From the NCBI GenBank assembly GCA_977017575.1, contig CDRNVI010000019.1:310001-374000 (forward strand): 64,000 bases of DNA. The letters run 5' to 3'. This DNA comes from Paramoeba atlantica. Its lineage: Eukaryota; Protista; Discosea. The position numbers and the translations under genes were made by a program. This document shows, piece after piece, positions 21,228 through 30,259 of this stretch; the stretch's first letter is position 1; each line of letters begins with the position of its first letter. The notes under the pieces were generated by a model that saw only the letters and a list, made by a program, of their open reading frames with translations, was not told where the DNA came from and searched no databases.

Positions 21228-22550
21228 CTACCTATTAATATTCGTTAGGAAGGAAATCTGCATTTTTGCACGCTCCTCCAAGAAATCATGATACAAATCA
21301 AGATACCCTTCATAATGCTCCGAAAGAAGAGCCTCCAACAACCTATACAAACCATCCCCTCCTTCCTGCGCTCTTCTCCTTCCACCCTCCCCACTCCCCC
21401 CCATCCCCGTCTCCGCCTCCTCCCTTGCACTACTCGGCAGCGACCAAAACGCGTTCTCCTCCACAAACCCCGAACCCACCCCACCCCTTCCCCCCTCCCT
21501 CCCCACCTCCCTCTCTAGAAACCCTTTCCCTCCCCCGCTCCTCCGCACCCTCCCCTGGGACTCCGCACGTCCTCCCCGTGAACCCCCCTCCCCCTCCCCC
21601 TGTTCCCCCACCCCTCCCGTTCCCCCACGGCGCCTACGGGAGCACACCGTGGGGTCGTGGTACCGCGGGGGGTGACGACCACCACCACGGCCAACACGAC
21701 GGTTCCCCGGGGTCGCACTCGCGTCCCGGTCCCGCATGGAGTCCCCGAGCGGGGGGCGGGGCTCGGGGGAGCCCCACGGTCCCCGGACACTGTAGGTGTG
21801 GCGACCGGGGGGGAGGGGGGGATGCGACCCGACGAGTCCCGTACGACTCCCGGTACTCCGGGCGTTTGAAAGGGGTGGGGTCGGGTCGAGGGGTCCGGGG
21901 GGAGGGGGACTGCCGGGTTTGAGGTCCGAGGGGCGGGGGTAGGTGAAACGGGAACGAGGTCCCGGGAAGGTACGGGTGAGGGGGTCGGGGAGGGGAGGGG
22001 AGGGGTGGGGGTAGGGGTAGGGGTAGGGGAGGGGGGAGATGGAGCGTGGGGGGAGGCTGGGGTGTCGGGGAAAAGGGGGGGAGGGGGTATGTGTAGGGGA
22101 GGGGAAAGGGGGGGAGGAGAGGGGGTTGGGTGTGGGTAGGGTGTGGTGGTGGTGTCGTCTTGTGGGGTCAGGGGAAGGGGTTTGAAGGAGTAGAGTATCG
22201 AGTTTGTGCATCATGGTGGTAAATTTGTTTTCAAGAGAGTCAAGGCGCTGATTTAAGGTAACGGTCTGGGGTCCTTGACCACGGACACTACTCGCCTCGG
22301 CCCCATTCCGCGCGCTGAGGTGCGTGTCTGTGGTGTTCCGCGTGTGGACTTGATTCAGAGGAATGTGCGAAGCAACCAAAGGCTTTTGCTCACTCAGCAC
22401 GAGAGAAGCACTCTTTGTGTCTAATATTTCTTCTCTGGTTACATCAGAATGTACAACAGTTCGCATTGATACATTGCGCGTATGTTGAGGGAAAGCTTCC
22501 CGCAAAGTTCTTAGATTACGTTCTTTTACAGATGACGCATCGTCAGACAT
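21228..22550 (-). CDS. Hypothetical low-complexity protein (Pro-rich middle, Gly/Arg/Glu-rich C-terminus)
   Basis: 440-aa ATG ORF with ordinary-complexity termini and a short coiled-coil-like stretch (LNQRLDSLENKF). Confidence 0.6.
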   Translation of the reverse strand: MSDDASSVKERNLRTLREAFPQHTRNVSMRTVVHSDVTREEILDTKSASLVLSEQKPLVASHIPLNQVHTRNTTDTHLSARNGAEASSVRGQGPQTVTLNQRLDSLENKFTTMMHKLDTLLLQTPSPDPTRRHHHHTLPTPNPLSSPPFPSPTHTPSPPFPRHPSLPPRSISPLPYPYPYPHPSPPLPDPLTRTFPGPRSRFTYPRPSDLKPGSPPPPGPLDPTPPLSNARSTGSRTGLVGSHPPLPPGRHTYSVRGPWGSPEPRPPLGDSMRDRDASATPGNRRVGRGGGRHPPRYHDPTVCSRRRRGGTGGVGEQGEGEGGSRGGRAESQGRVRRSGGGKGFLEREVGREGGRGGVGSGFVEENAFWSLPSSAREEAETGMGGSGEGGRRRAQEGGDGLYRLLEALLSEHYEGYLDLYHDFLEERAKMQISFLTNINR

Positions 22551-22656
22551 GAGATAAGAAGAAATATTCGTACTTTCTAAAAATCAATGTAGTAGCATTA
22601 TTCAGGCTTGAACTGAGTTATTCTATTAAAATAATTTTGCCGTGGTTGTATAACTA

Positions 22657-22959
22657 CACCCCCTTTCATTAATAATGATAATTGGAAAAACATTTTCACC
22701 TCGGACTGTTAAAATTACTCAAAAAATTATCAAAAACATTTCATTCCATCGTTACTCCTCCATGTTACCTCGAGGTTTTTTCCATCATCTCTTTAATCTT
22801 GTCTTGTTTTTTCCCTTCGTAGACAAAGAATCATCCTACACAGATGTATGTTTGTTTCTGATCACCCCTTATTGCGTTCGTAAATAACGATAATGATAAT
22901 AATAATAATAATCTCAGAAAAATTATTATTATCATTATCGTTATTTATGAGAGGGGGTG
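22657..22959. mobile_element. TA-flanked AT-rich MITE, 303 bp
   Basis: TA|CACCCCCTTTCATTAATAATGATAAT ... ATTATCGTTATTTATGAGAGGGGGTG|TA (26-bp TIR, 3 mismatches). Internal inverted copy forms a 23-bp-arm hairpin at ~22882-22947. Confidence 0.75.
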
Positions 22960-23535
22960 TACCGCTCTACCCTCGATTAGTGAAAAAAAAGTGAACAAAA
23001 ACGGTGAAAATATAAAGAGAAACACAGTAATATAATAGAAGAAAAAAATATAAAAGCGGGCCCCGGTGGTCCAAAACTAAAAAAAAAATTGAAAAAAACT
23101 GGGGTCTAGGGGGGGGTCCATGGGGAGCATACGTCGCTATTTTTTTTTTTGGCATTTTTTGTTTTTCAAAATCGAGCGCAGGGAAGTGGTAGAGTAGGCC
23201 GCGGCGATGACTTTCCACCCCCCCTGGTACGCGCAGGAGGGATCCGACAAGGTGAAAATTTCCGAAATTTTTGGGATGACAAAAAAAAAATTGACCCAAA
23301 GAAAAGAAAAATATTTTTTTTCCAAAATCGACTCCTAAAACGTATTTTAAGAGTTTTGGACCTCAGCTACCATTTTACAAAGTTTTTTTCCACAGATTCG
23401 CCTCCCACCACTACTGGCAAGGCATCAAAGACGGCCCAAATTTGGATTAAAATTTCACAATTTTTGGGGAAAGATCGCGCTTTTTCACCCAAAAAACTAG
23501 ATTATTCATGATCTTTTGGCGATTTTTCTTTTCTA

Positions 23536-23630
23536 GGCTCTTCGTTAAACGTGGTGGTAGTTTTCAACGTGAAGCGCGCATCATGGATGACTTCTAAGTT
23601 GAAAACAACTACCGCGTTTAACGAAGAGAC
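23536..23630. repeat. 95-bp TA-flanked inverted repeat / mini-MITE
   Basis: CTCTTCGTTAAACGTGGTGGTAGTTTTCAAC pairs with GTTGAAAACAACTACCGCGTTTAACGAAGAG (28/31). TA on both sides. Confidence 0.65.
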
Positions 23631-23751
23631 TAAAAAAGATATTCATACTTGACCGAACATAAAAAATACGCGGTGGAAGAGATGAACTAGTAGAACCATA
23701 CTTCGACCGAAAGTAGCAAAAGTGTAAATTACCCCCCCACCACCTGAAAAC

Positions 23752-24525
23752 TTACAACATGACATTGGCCGGTGTGACATGCGGTATGGTTCCGTTAATT
23801 TTATTGTGTCTGAGATCCAAACTCCACAATGGTGAAGGCAATTCGCGCACATCAACAACGCCTTCGAATTTGTTGTTGTGTAATGAAAGAATTGCGAGGT
23901 TCTTGGGCAGGTGCTTCAGTATCAGCTCGCCAGAAAACTGATTACGATGTGCTTGAAATTCTAAGAGTTCTGGCGGGAGACACTGCAACGTGAGTACCCC
24001 ACAAAGTAGATTATTGCTCACGTTAATCGCTTTCAAAAGGGGTGGAAATGCGTCAGCGTCTATACTTCCTGTAAATTCGTTAGCAGAAACGCTGAAAAGT
24101 GACAATGTTTGGGGTAGATTCCCACAGCTAATATTTCCTTGAAAGGAATTGCTTCTACAATAAAATGTAGACAGGACACGCGGAAGCACCTCCCACTCCA
24201 CGATTCCACTAAAACGATTGCCCTGTATGTCAATGACCTCCACCGTATCCGGCAGATATTGCCACAAGAGAGGTCCAGAAAAACCGATAAGAATCCATTG
24301 AATAGATTGTACTAATCTATGCTTCGTACACAAAACTCCTTTCCAAGAACAAGCGTCGATATCTGTATTCCAGGACTCGTGCGGGTTTTCAATTTTATGT
24401 GTAAATCTTGCCAAATCGTACTCAGTAGGAAGCGTTGCACCTCGCAACCGTCCCACTCTGCTACTGTTTTCCATTATAGGGGGCAGACCTTTCAAAGTAA
24501 AAATCCAGACTATCAAAAGCCACAT
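23752..24525 (-). CDS. Short leucine-rich-repeat protein (family copy 1)
   Basis: SWN...ACSWKGVLC cap, then repeated LPxxLxxLxLxxNxFxGxxxxxx units. Confidence 0.9.
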   Translation of the reverse strand: MWLLIVWIFTLKGLPPIMENSSRVGRLRGATLPTEYDLARFTHKIENPHESWNTDIDACSWKGVLCTKHRLVQSIQWILIGFSGPLLWQYLPDTVEVIDIQGNRFSGIVEWEVLPRVLSTFYCRSNSFQGNISCGNLPQTLSLFSVSANEFTGSIDADAFPPLLKAINVSNNLLCGVLTLQCLPPELLEFQAHRNQFSGELILKHLPKNLAILSLHNNKFEGVVDVRELPSPLWSLDLRHNKINGTIPHVTPANVML

Positions 24526-24668
24526 GAGCTCAAATTAATCCTATATCACCATATTTCGAAATGATCTACATGTGCACAGTATAAATTCTATTTAACATAC
24601 TGTAAAATGCTAGCAGAGCAGAAAAACTTCGAATCAGATGCTCTGCGTCTGGAACTTCAGCAACCTAT

Positions 24669-26399
24669 TCACAAAGGACAAGAACAGCCCATCATGCAAT
24701 GACGAATGATGGCGCGCATGTACGCGTCCATGAAATGGTCTAGAGGTGTGATCTCCGATACCTTTTGTGACAATGATTGGAAAACTTCTTCCGAATCCGA
24801 TGTAGTATGATACGGTATACCGGAGATCGAAAGCAAATGAAATGTGCCAAAAAATTCAAAAGACCTCATCAAAGGAGCCATCTCAGGGATCAATAACTCT
24901 TGCGGCGTGGCACTTGAGACTCGTCGACAGCGTGCTGGAGAGCTTCTTGTACTCCCAGCGGGACTGACATCGTTTGAGTCGTTTAGGACAGTGTCAGAAA
25001 TTAGTGAATATGTCACGCGCTTGGGTTTTTCTAGATCACTCCAAAACCACGTTGACACTTTGCGGCGAGCTTCCTCCGCGGCACCTACTATAGTTTCTCG
25101 AGCACTGTCGATCGCATTTAACGTGTCCCGAATCAGTTGCCTAGGAGTGTTGTGTCCCATGGCGATTCGTGGAAATAAGTCCCCACGGTAAACAAAATGG
25201 TGAAAATAGCATGACGCGTTCATAGACTTCACATAGTCACGGAGTCTGTGGTTTCCGATCATGGGTGTTCCTGCAGTGACACAGTACAGTTTACCGTAGA
25301 GCTCATCAAAATGACAGGAGAGAAGGTGAACCGTCGCCAAGGCAGCGATTGCACCGCCCAGTGAGTGTCCACAGTAAACTATGGTAAAACCGTCGCGTAC
25401 CCAATCGAGTACTTCTGGAATCACCACGCGATTGGCTTCGGCCAGAAATCCGCTGTGCACTTTATATCGAGGACGAAGACTTATGCTGTGACAAACCCCA
25501 GGGGTGTCTCCTACGCAAGGCCGTGCCATACGAACATGCACCCGACTGATTTGCATATCGGTCAGACCCGTGCGTGCGTCATGGGTTCCTGGAAACGCAA
25601 CATAACGAATACGACCCGGTGACTCAAACACGGAGTAACGTTGACTCGTAGAAATCACCCGGAGTTTTGTGGAGGCTGGAAGAGCATGGTGAAGGAGGCA
25701 TATCTCTGGGTAGCGCGGGTACTCGTAGCACATGCCGGCGCAGATGAGAGATAACGTAAGAATGCGGTTTACCTTCGGATCTGGAACCAAATTTGCGGTA
25801 TACAATGTCGGTGGGGGAGTGCGCAGCAGGACATGTGTGTCATTTGAGATCCCTATAATCGACCTTGAAAGCTTCTTCATTTTCCACCAGGGCTCATTTT
25901 CTTCGTACGGTACATCTACGACACGGTCGTCGTAGGGTGTGAGTGGGATTGTCGGGAGGAGGCACTCAGGACAGGTCGCAGAGTACGAAAGCGAGGGACA
26001 AAGCTCTCGTTGCACACAGCATTTTCCTGCGTCACACACTTCCAACAGAAGCAATAATCCACTTTGAGGTGTATCACACAGAGCATGATCGTACATGAGC
26101 AGACGCGAGAGACTTTCTCGCATTGCACACCGATCGCAGACATGGACCGGACTGGTAGTAATGCCAAGAGAGGTGTACCTAGCGCGAGAGCAACAAGAAG
26201 CACACACGGCTTTCATACATCGGGCACAGTGGTTTCTTTGTCGATAACTGCGTGTGCAGACGCTGCAGGATAAGCAAGTACAGCGTCCGACGGTATTAAG
26301 ACATGTATTGCATTGCATTCTCGTCATGTCGCGTTGCGGAGAACGGGAACCAAGTGAAAGAAGATCCATTTTCCGTACAGCATAAAATAAATTTCCCAT
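24669..26399 (-). CDS. FYVE-like zinc finger + class 3 lipase
   Basis: N-terminal CSVC..RNHCARCMKAVCASC..VCDRC; lipase motifs VHSGF and GHSLGG, with DLFP. Confidence 0.85.
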   Translation of the reverse strand: MGNLFYAVRKMDLLSLGSRSPQRDMTRMQCNTCLNTVGRCTCLSCSVCTRSYRQRNHCARCMKAVCASCCSRARYTSLGITTSPVHVCDRCAMRESLSRLLMYDHALCDTPQSGLLLLLEVCDAGKCCVQRELCPSLSYSATCPECLLPTIPLTPYDDRVVDVPYEENEPWWKMKKLSRSIIGISNDTHVLLRTPPPTLYTANLVPDPKVNRILTLSLICAGMCYEYPRYPEICLLHHALPASTKLRVISTSQRYSVFESPGRIRYVAFPGTHDARTGLTDMQISRVHVRMARPCVGDTPGVCHSISLRPRYKVHSGFLAEANRVVIPEVLDWVRDGFTIVYCGHSLGGAIAALATVHLLSCHFDELYGKLYCVTAGTPMIGNHRLRDYVKSMNASCYFHHFVYRGDLFPRIAMGHNTPRQLIRDTLNAIDSARETIVGAAEEARRKVSTWFWSDLEKPKRVTYSLISDTVLNDSNDVSPAGSTRSSPARCRRVSSATPQELLIPEMAPLMRSFEFFGTFHLLSISGIPYHTTSDSEEVFQSLSQKVSEITPLDHFMDAYMRAIIRHCMMGCSCPL

Positions 26400-26728
26400 A
26401 AAACCAACTTTACGAACGGTAATGTTTCAAAGTCAAACCTTGGCCCCTACAGGGTAACATTCTAAAATGAAATCATTAGAAATAAAGAGACGCATTCCAG
26501 CGAATCTTAGCTTATCTACCACTGTTGTGATCCGGACGAAAAAAAATATTTCAGAATCTCAACAGTAAGGTAATTCTTAAAGATATTACCATCTCCGTTG
26601 TGATCGACAATATATCTGTAACTGCAGAAATTCAAAGCTCATTACTGTGTCTACCGTTTGTAGCATCATACGAATGCGAAAAAAAGAAGTACTCTTTCGA
26701 AGAACATCTTGCAAAATACATCTCCCCA

Positions 26729-27703
26729 CTATCGTCGTTTCTTCAGAAAATCAAAAATCCTCTCCCACACCCGTCGCGCGACCAGCAACGTCTTATGCTG
26801 CGTCGTCGGCGAATCCCGTGGAATCCGCATAATCGCCACATTCCACATCGTCACCGCAGCCTCCACCTTTTCCTCCTCAAAACACAAATGAAACCCCAGC
26901 ACACGGCTGAGGATCTCCGCCACACTCAGCTCCCCCCCTTCCCCCTCCTTGGGGAACCACCCCGTAAACTGCCACGTCCTCCCCGAGACGAAGCACGCGG
27001 CCACGCTCCCCCAGTCCCCCACCTCCCGGGGGTGGTCCACCACGACGAACGGCCCCGGGCCCGGGGCCCCCATCACGTGGGCGGGGCTCACCGCGACCGC
27101 AGGGGGGCGGGCCGCGAACCCCGGGGTCGAGGGGGGGGCGTAGTGCCCGCGGGAGAGGAAGCCGTGGATGTTGGTGAGATTCAGCGCGGTGGTGGTGGAG
27201 GGGGGGACGAGCAGTGTGATGGGGGGAGGGGAGGGGAGGGGCCGGGGGGGGTGGGGGAGCGCTCGTGAAGAAGTCAGTTGTAAAGAAACCGGTTGTGAAG
27301 AAGTCGGTTGTGAAGACGCGGTCGTGGAGAGCGTAAGCTTATCTCCGGTGGTGGAAGCGGGAGTGGTGAGAATAGATATTGTGTTTTTTCCATGGGTGAG
27401 GGTTTCTTGTGGGGCTTCTTGTGTTGGTGAGTGGGTTGTGGGCTTGGTGTGTAGGCTTTGTTCAAGACGTTCCATAGCGTCGTCGACGAGTTGAAGGATT
27501 TGTTTTGCGGGTCCAAGGTGGGCCTCGGTGGCGTTTTCGGGGGAGTGTGTCATGGCATAGAGCGGGTCTTTTACGAAGAAGGGTTTTTCGGATGCGGCCA
27601 AGCGGTCCGTTGCGGCTTGTTTTAAGGACGGCGTCAAGGTTTGACGACCGAGCACAACCTCGCGCCATTCCTGATAAAACGCATCGTCTGTAGAAGGTAT
27701 CAT
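26729..27703 (-). CDS. CDC73: CDC73/parafibromin-like Paf1-complex subunit
   Basis: C-terminal LLVPPS..ALNLTNIHGFL..FVVVD..DWGSVAACFVSGRTWQFTGW..GFH matches the CDC73 C-domain pattern. Confidence 0.75.
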   Translation of the reverse strand: MIPSTDDAFYQEWREVVLGRQTLTPSLKQAATDRLAASEKPFFVKDPLYAMTHSPENATEAHLGPAKQILQLVDDAMERLEQSLHTKPTTHSPTQEAPQETLTHGKNTISILTTPASTTGDKLTLSTTASSQPTSSQPVSLQLTSSRALPHPPRPLPSPPPITLLVPPSTTTALNLTNIHGFLSRGHYAPPSTPGFAARPPAVAVSPAHVMGAPGPGPFVVVDHPREVGDWGSVAACFVSGRTWQFTGWFPKEGEGGELSVAEILSRVLGFHLCFEEEKVEAAVTMWNVAIMRIPRDSPTTQHKTLLVARRVWERIFDFLKKRR

Positions 27704-27988
27704 GAATAAGAAATAGGAAATCGAACAAATGTCTTCTAAGTGTGCTATGAAAAACTGATTGCTTGTTCAAGCGACATAATAAGTTCGTTAGAACAACAGA
27801 ATGTTTTCTACTTTATACACTTTTAAGCTTTTGAAACAGGTGGTAGTAATAAATGGAGCCGACTGAACTGATTTACTATTCTAGTATTTTTATAATAAAA
27901 TGAATCAATAATTCTTCCAACTTCGTTAGCTTATCCTTTAAAATGATCGTCTGCACCGCGGGCTTCAGTGCGGTCTTACGCTCCGAGA

Positions 27989-28474
27989 TTACTGTAGCAT
28001 TTTTTGTGTGGTTGGCGAAACGTTCTTTCCCAATACTTTCATAGCGATGCGGTCGCAGTCTTGACGGGCATTTTTAGTGATAACGCGGCCCCCATCATCG
28101 GACTTTGCGAGTAACTTCAGCTTCTCCAGACTGTGCAACACGTGGCGAATCACACCACCTGAGGCTTTCCGGAAGTGCAACGGTCTGGATTGGCCCCATG
28201 TGTTGCCGAACACTTTACGCAAGCCACCAATGCCAGTGAAGGGGCGGATGTACACACGGCGAAGTATGGCTGCCGCCTTGACGTAGAACCAGTCAGGGTC
28301 TTGAGGGGGGAGAATGCGCGACGTACCGGTCTTTGCGTAGTCTACGAAATCCGGAATATCCAGCTGTCCTTGCGCCTTAAGGTGGTCAGCGAAAGCCTTG
28401 ATCCACAGACTCGCTTCTACATCCTTGATTCCCACGCCTCCACGTCGACGAGTGGTGCGAATGTTCTTCACCAT
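27989..28474 (-). CDS. RPS19: 40S ribosomal protein S19 (eS19)
   Basis: IKDV...KTGTSRILPPQDPDWFYVKAAAILRRVY; GRVIT..QDCDRIA. Confidence 0.95.
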   Translation of the reverse strand: MVKNIRTTRRRGGVGIKDVEASLWIKAFADHLKAQGQLDIPDFVDYAKTGTSRILPPQDPDWFYVKAAAILRRVYIRPFTGIGGLRKVFGNTWGQSRPLHFRKASGGVIRHVLHSLEKLKLLAKSDDGGRVITKNARQDCDRIAMKVLGKNVSPTTQKMLQ

Positions 28475-29113
28475 GAATATCCTTCTTTGTTTAAAGTAAA
28501 ATGTTCTTTGTCAAGTCTAAAAGATTGAACAATGAAAGTTTGCACAAACATGGACATTTCACTAATTTAAGGGCTGCATGCATTATACGTAGTGAAACCA
28601 CGTATGATAACATAACAAAAAATATGCAATTCAACTACTAGTAATACTAACTAAGTACTAGTAATAGAATAACATGTGGTTCCTTTTTTTAAAAGGTGGT
28701 TCACTCATTAACACACCTACATGTATTTCGGTGTGTTAATAAGCGAAATGTGCTAATACGTTCATCTCATAGCAGCAGTAATAATTTTTGTAATAGAAAT
28801 TATTAATAATTTTTATTATTATAAGAAGGTGAATTATTAATAATTATTATGAGGACTTCTTTAGCCCTCATGGGGCGTATAGTAAGCGTACACATGTGTA
28901 CATCTGGATATTTCAGAAGAGATTCTCGTCTCCCATTTTGTATGTCAAGCCCATTCGATACAGTAGCAAATGATATTCCAGGTTTAACCACGTTAATAAA
29001 ATTCGTTTAAAAAGGGAAAAACGAGGACAATGATAGGAAAGCATTTTAAAGATTATATTTTTCTTTATTTAAATCTTTTTCCTCTTTTTAACAACTATAT
29101 AAAAACTAGCAAA

Positions 29114-29177
29114 CCAACTTTCCCACTTCCCAACCTTCCCACTTCCCAACTTTCCCACTTCCCAACTTTCCCACTTC
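29114..29177. repeat. 16-bp minisatellite x4 (CCAACTTTCCCACTTC)
   Basis: Four consecutive copies with one substitution. The minus strand has regularly spaced GGG tracts. Confidence 0.9.
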
Positions 29178-29339
29178 CCCTTACCGAACTTCCACCTTTC
29201 CAGGGAGGGTAAGGTCTCCCTCTGCCTCGCCTCGCACCTACGCCACAAGAGGGTTTTTGATGATAAAGAAGGGGGGAGGCGAGGTCTTCTCCAATCCATT
29301 CGCGCTCCCATCTTCCTCATGCATGTTCCGAACCGGGTC

Positions 29340-30214
29340 TTTTTTTTTTTTTTAAATAAGACACAGTAAAAATAAAAACAAGCAATCCAGACCCAATCCA
29401 TTCGCGCATTTTTTTTTTTTTGCAGTTAATAAGGGGGGAGAAGTATGAATCGCGGCATTGCCTCTATATTTTGACCCAGTAGACGAACCAAGTAGGTCCA
29501 TTGGGGGGGAATACGAGTTGAAAACAAGTAAATTTTTTTTTTTATATGATTTTAAAACAAGCAATCAAATTAGCAATTTCATATTTTGGAGCCCAAAACT
29601 AGCAATTCGATCTCCCGTAAGTATAAGAACATTAAAAACAATAACAATAAAAACAAGCAATATATGCCCAATCCATTCGCGCGTTCCGGACCGGGTCTTT
29701 CGACCTCTCCACGGCCTGACTTGTGAACCCTTCCCTTGTTATATGGGAGGGCGCAGGCGCGGGCCTGTGTCGACAGCGACACGGTCGCGAAACAGGATGC
29801 TGGCCGACGGGGAGGAGATTTTTTTTTTTTTTTTTTTTTTTTTTTGCAATTAATAAGGGGGGAGAAGTATGAATCGCGGCATTGCCTCTATATTTTGACC
29901 CAGTAGACGAACCAAGTAGGTCCATTGGGGGGGGTATACGAGTTAAAAACAAGCAATCAAATTAGCAATTCTTTTTGTTTCCACAGAGGTACCTTTTGTT
30001 TTTTCTCAGCCCAAAACTAGCAATTTAATCTCCCCTAAGTATATACTACAAACAAGAAACAGTAAAAACTAAAACAAGCAATACAGACCCAATCCATTCG
30101 CGCGTTCCGGACCGGGTCTTTCGACCACTCCACGGCCTGACTTGTGAACCCTTCCCTTGCTATATGGGAGGGCGCAGGCGCGGGCCTGTGTCGACAGCGA
30201 CACGGTCACGAAAC
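29340..30214 (-). repeat. Head-to-tail array of ~400-bp poly(A)-tailed units (SINE-like or small-RNA gene repeat)
   Basis: Units 29819-30214 (396 bp) and 29409-29818 (410 bp) share a GC-rich structured block, an AT-rich spacer and a ~100-bp block ending in an A-run on the minus strand (27 and 13 A). A truncated unit lies at 29340-29408 and a further degenerate head at ~29291-29339. Confidence 0.85.
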
Positions 30215-30259
30215 TTTTTTTTTTTTTTTTTTTTTTTCCTTCCTAATCCCATCGCCCAG

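Noticed and set aside
22962-23215. Possible further TIR element starting TA|CCGCTCTACCCTCGATT
   Set aside because: The candidate right end matches only in two short pieces split by 11 bp and has no TA. The region looks TE-derived but boundaries are unsupported.
29422-29520. GTATGA plus ATATTTTG on the plus strand resemble an SL-RNA donor and Sm site
   Set aside because: The upstream sequence has no similarity to the conserved 39-nt SL exon.
29700-29740. GGTTCACAAGTC..GTGGAG (minus strand) resembles twister ribozyme strings
   Set aside because: The required UAA cleavage strand, P2 and T2 pairings could not be built in any permutation.
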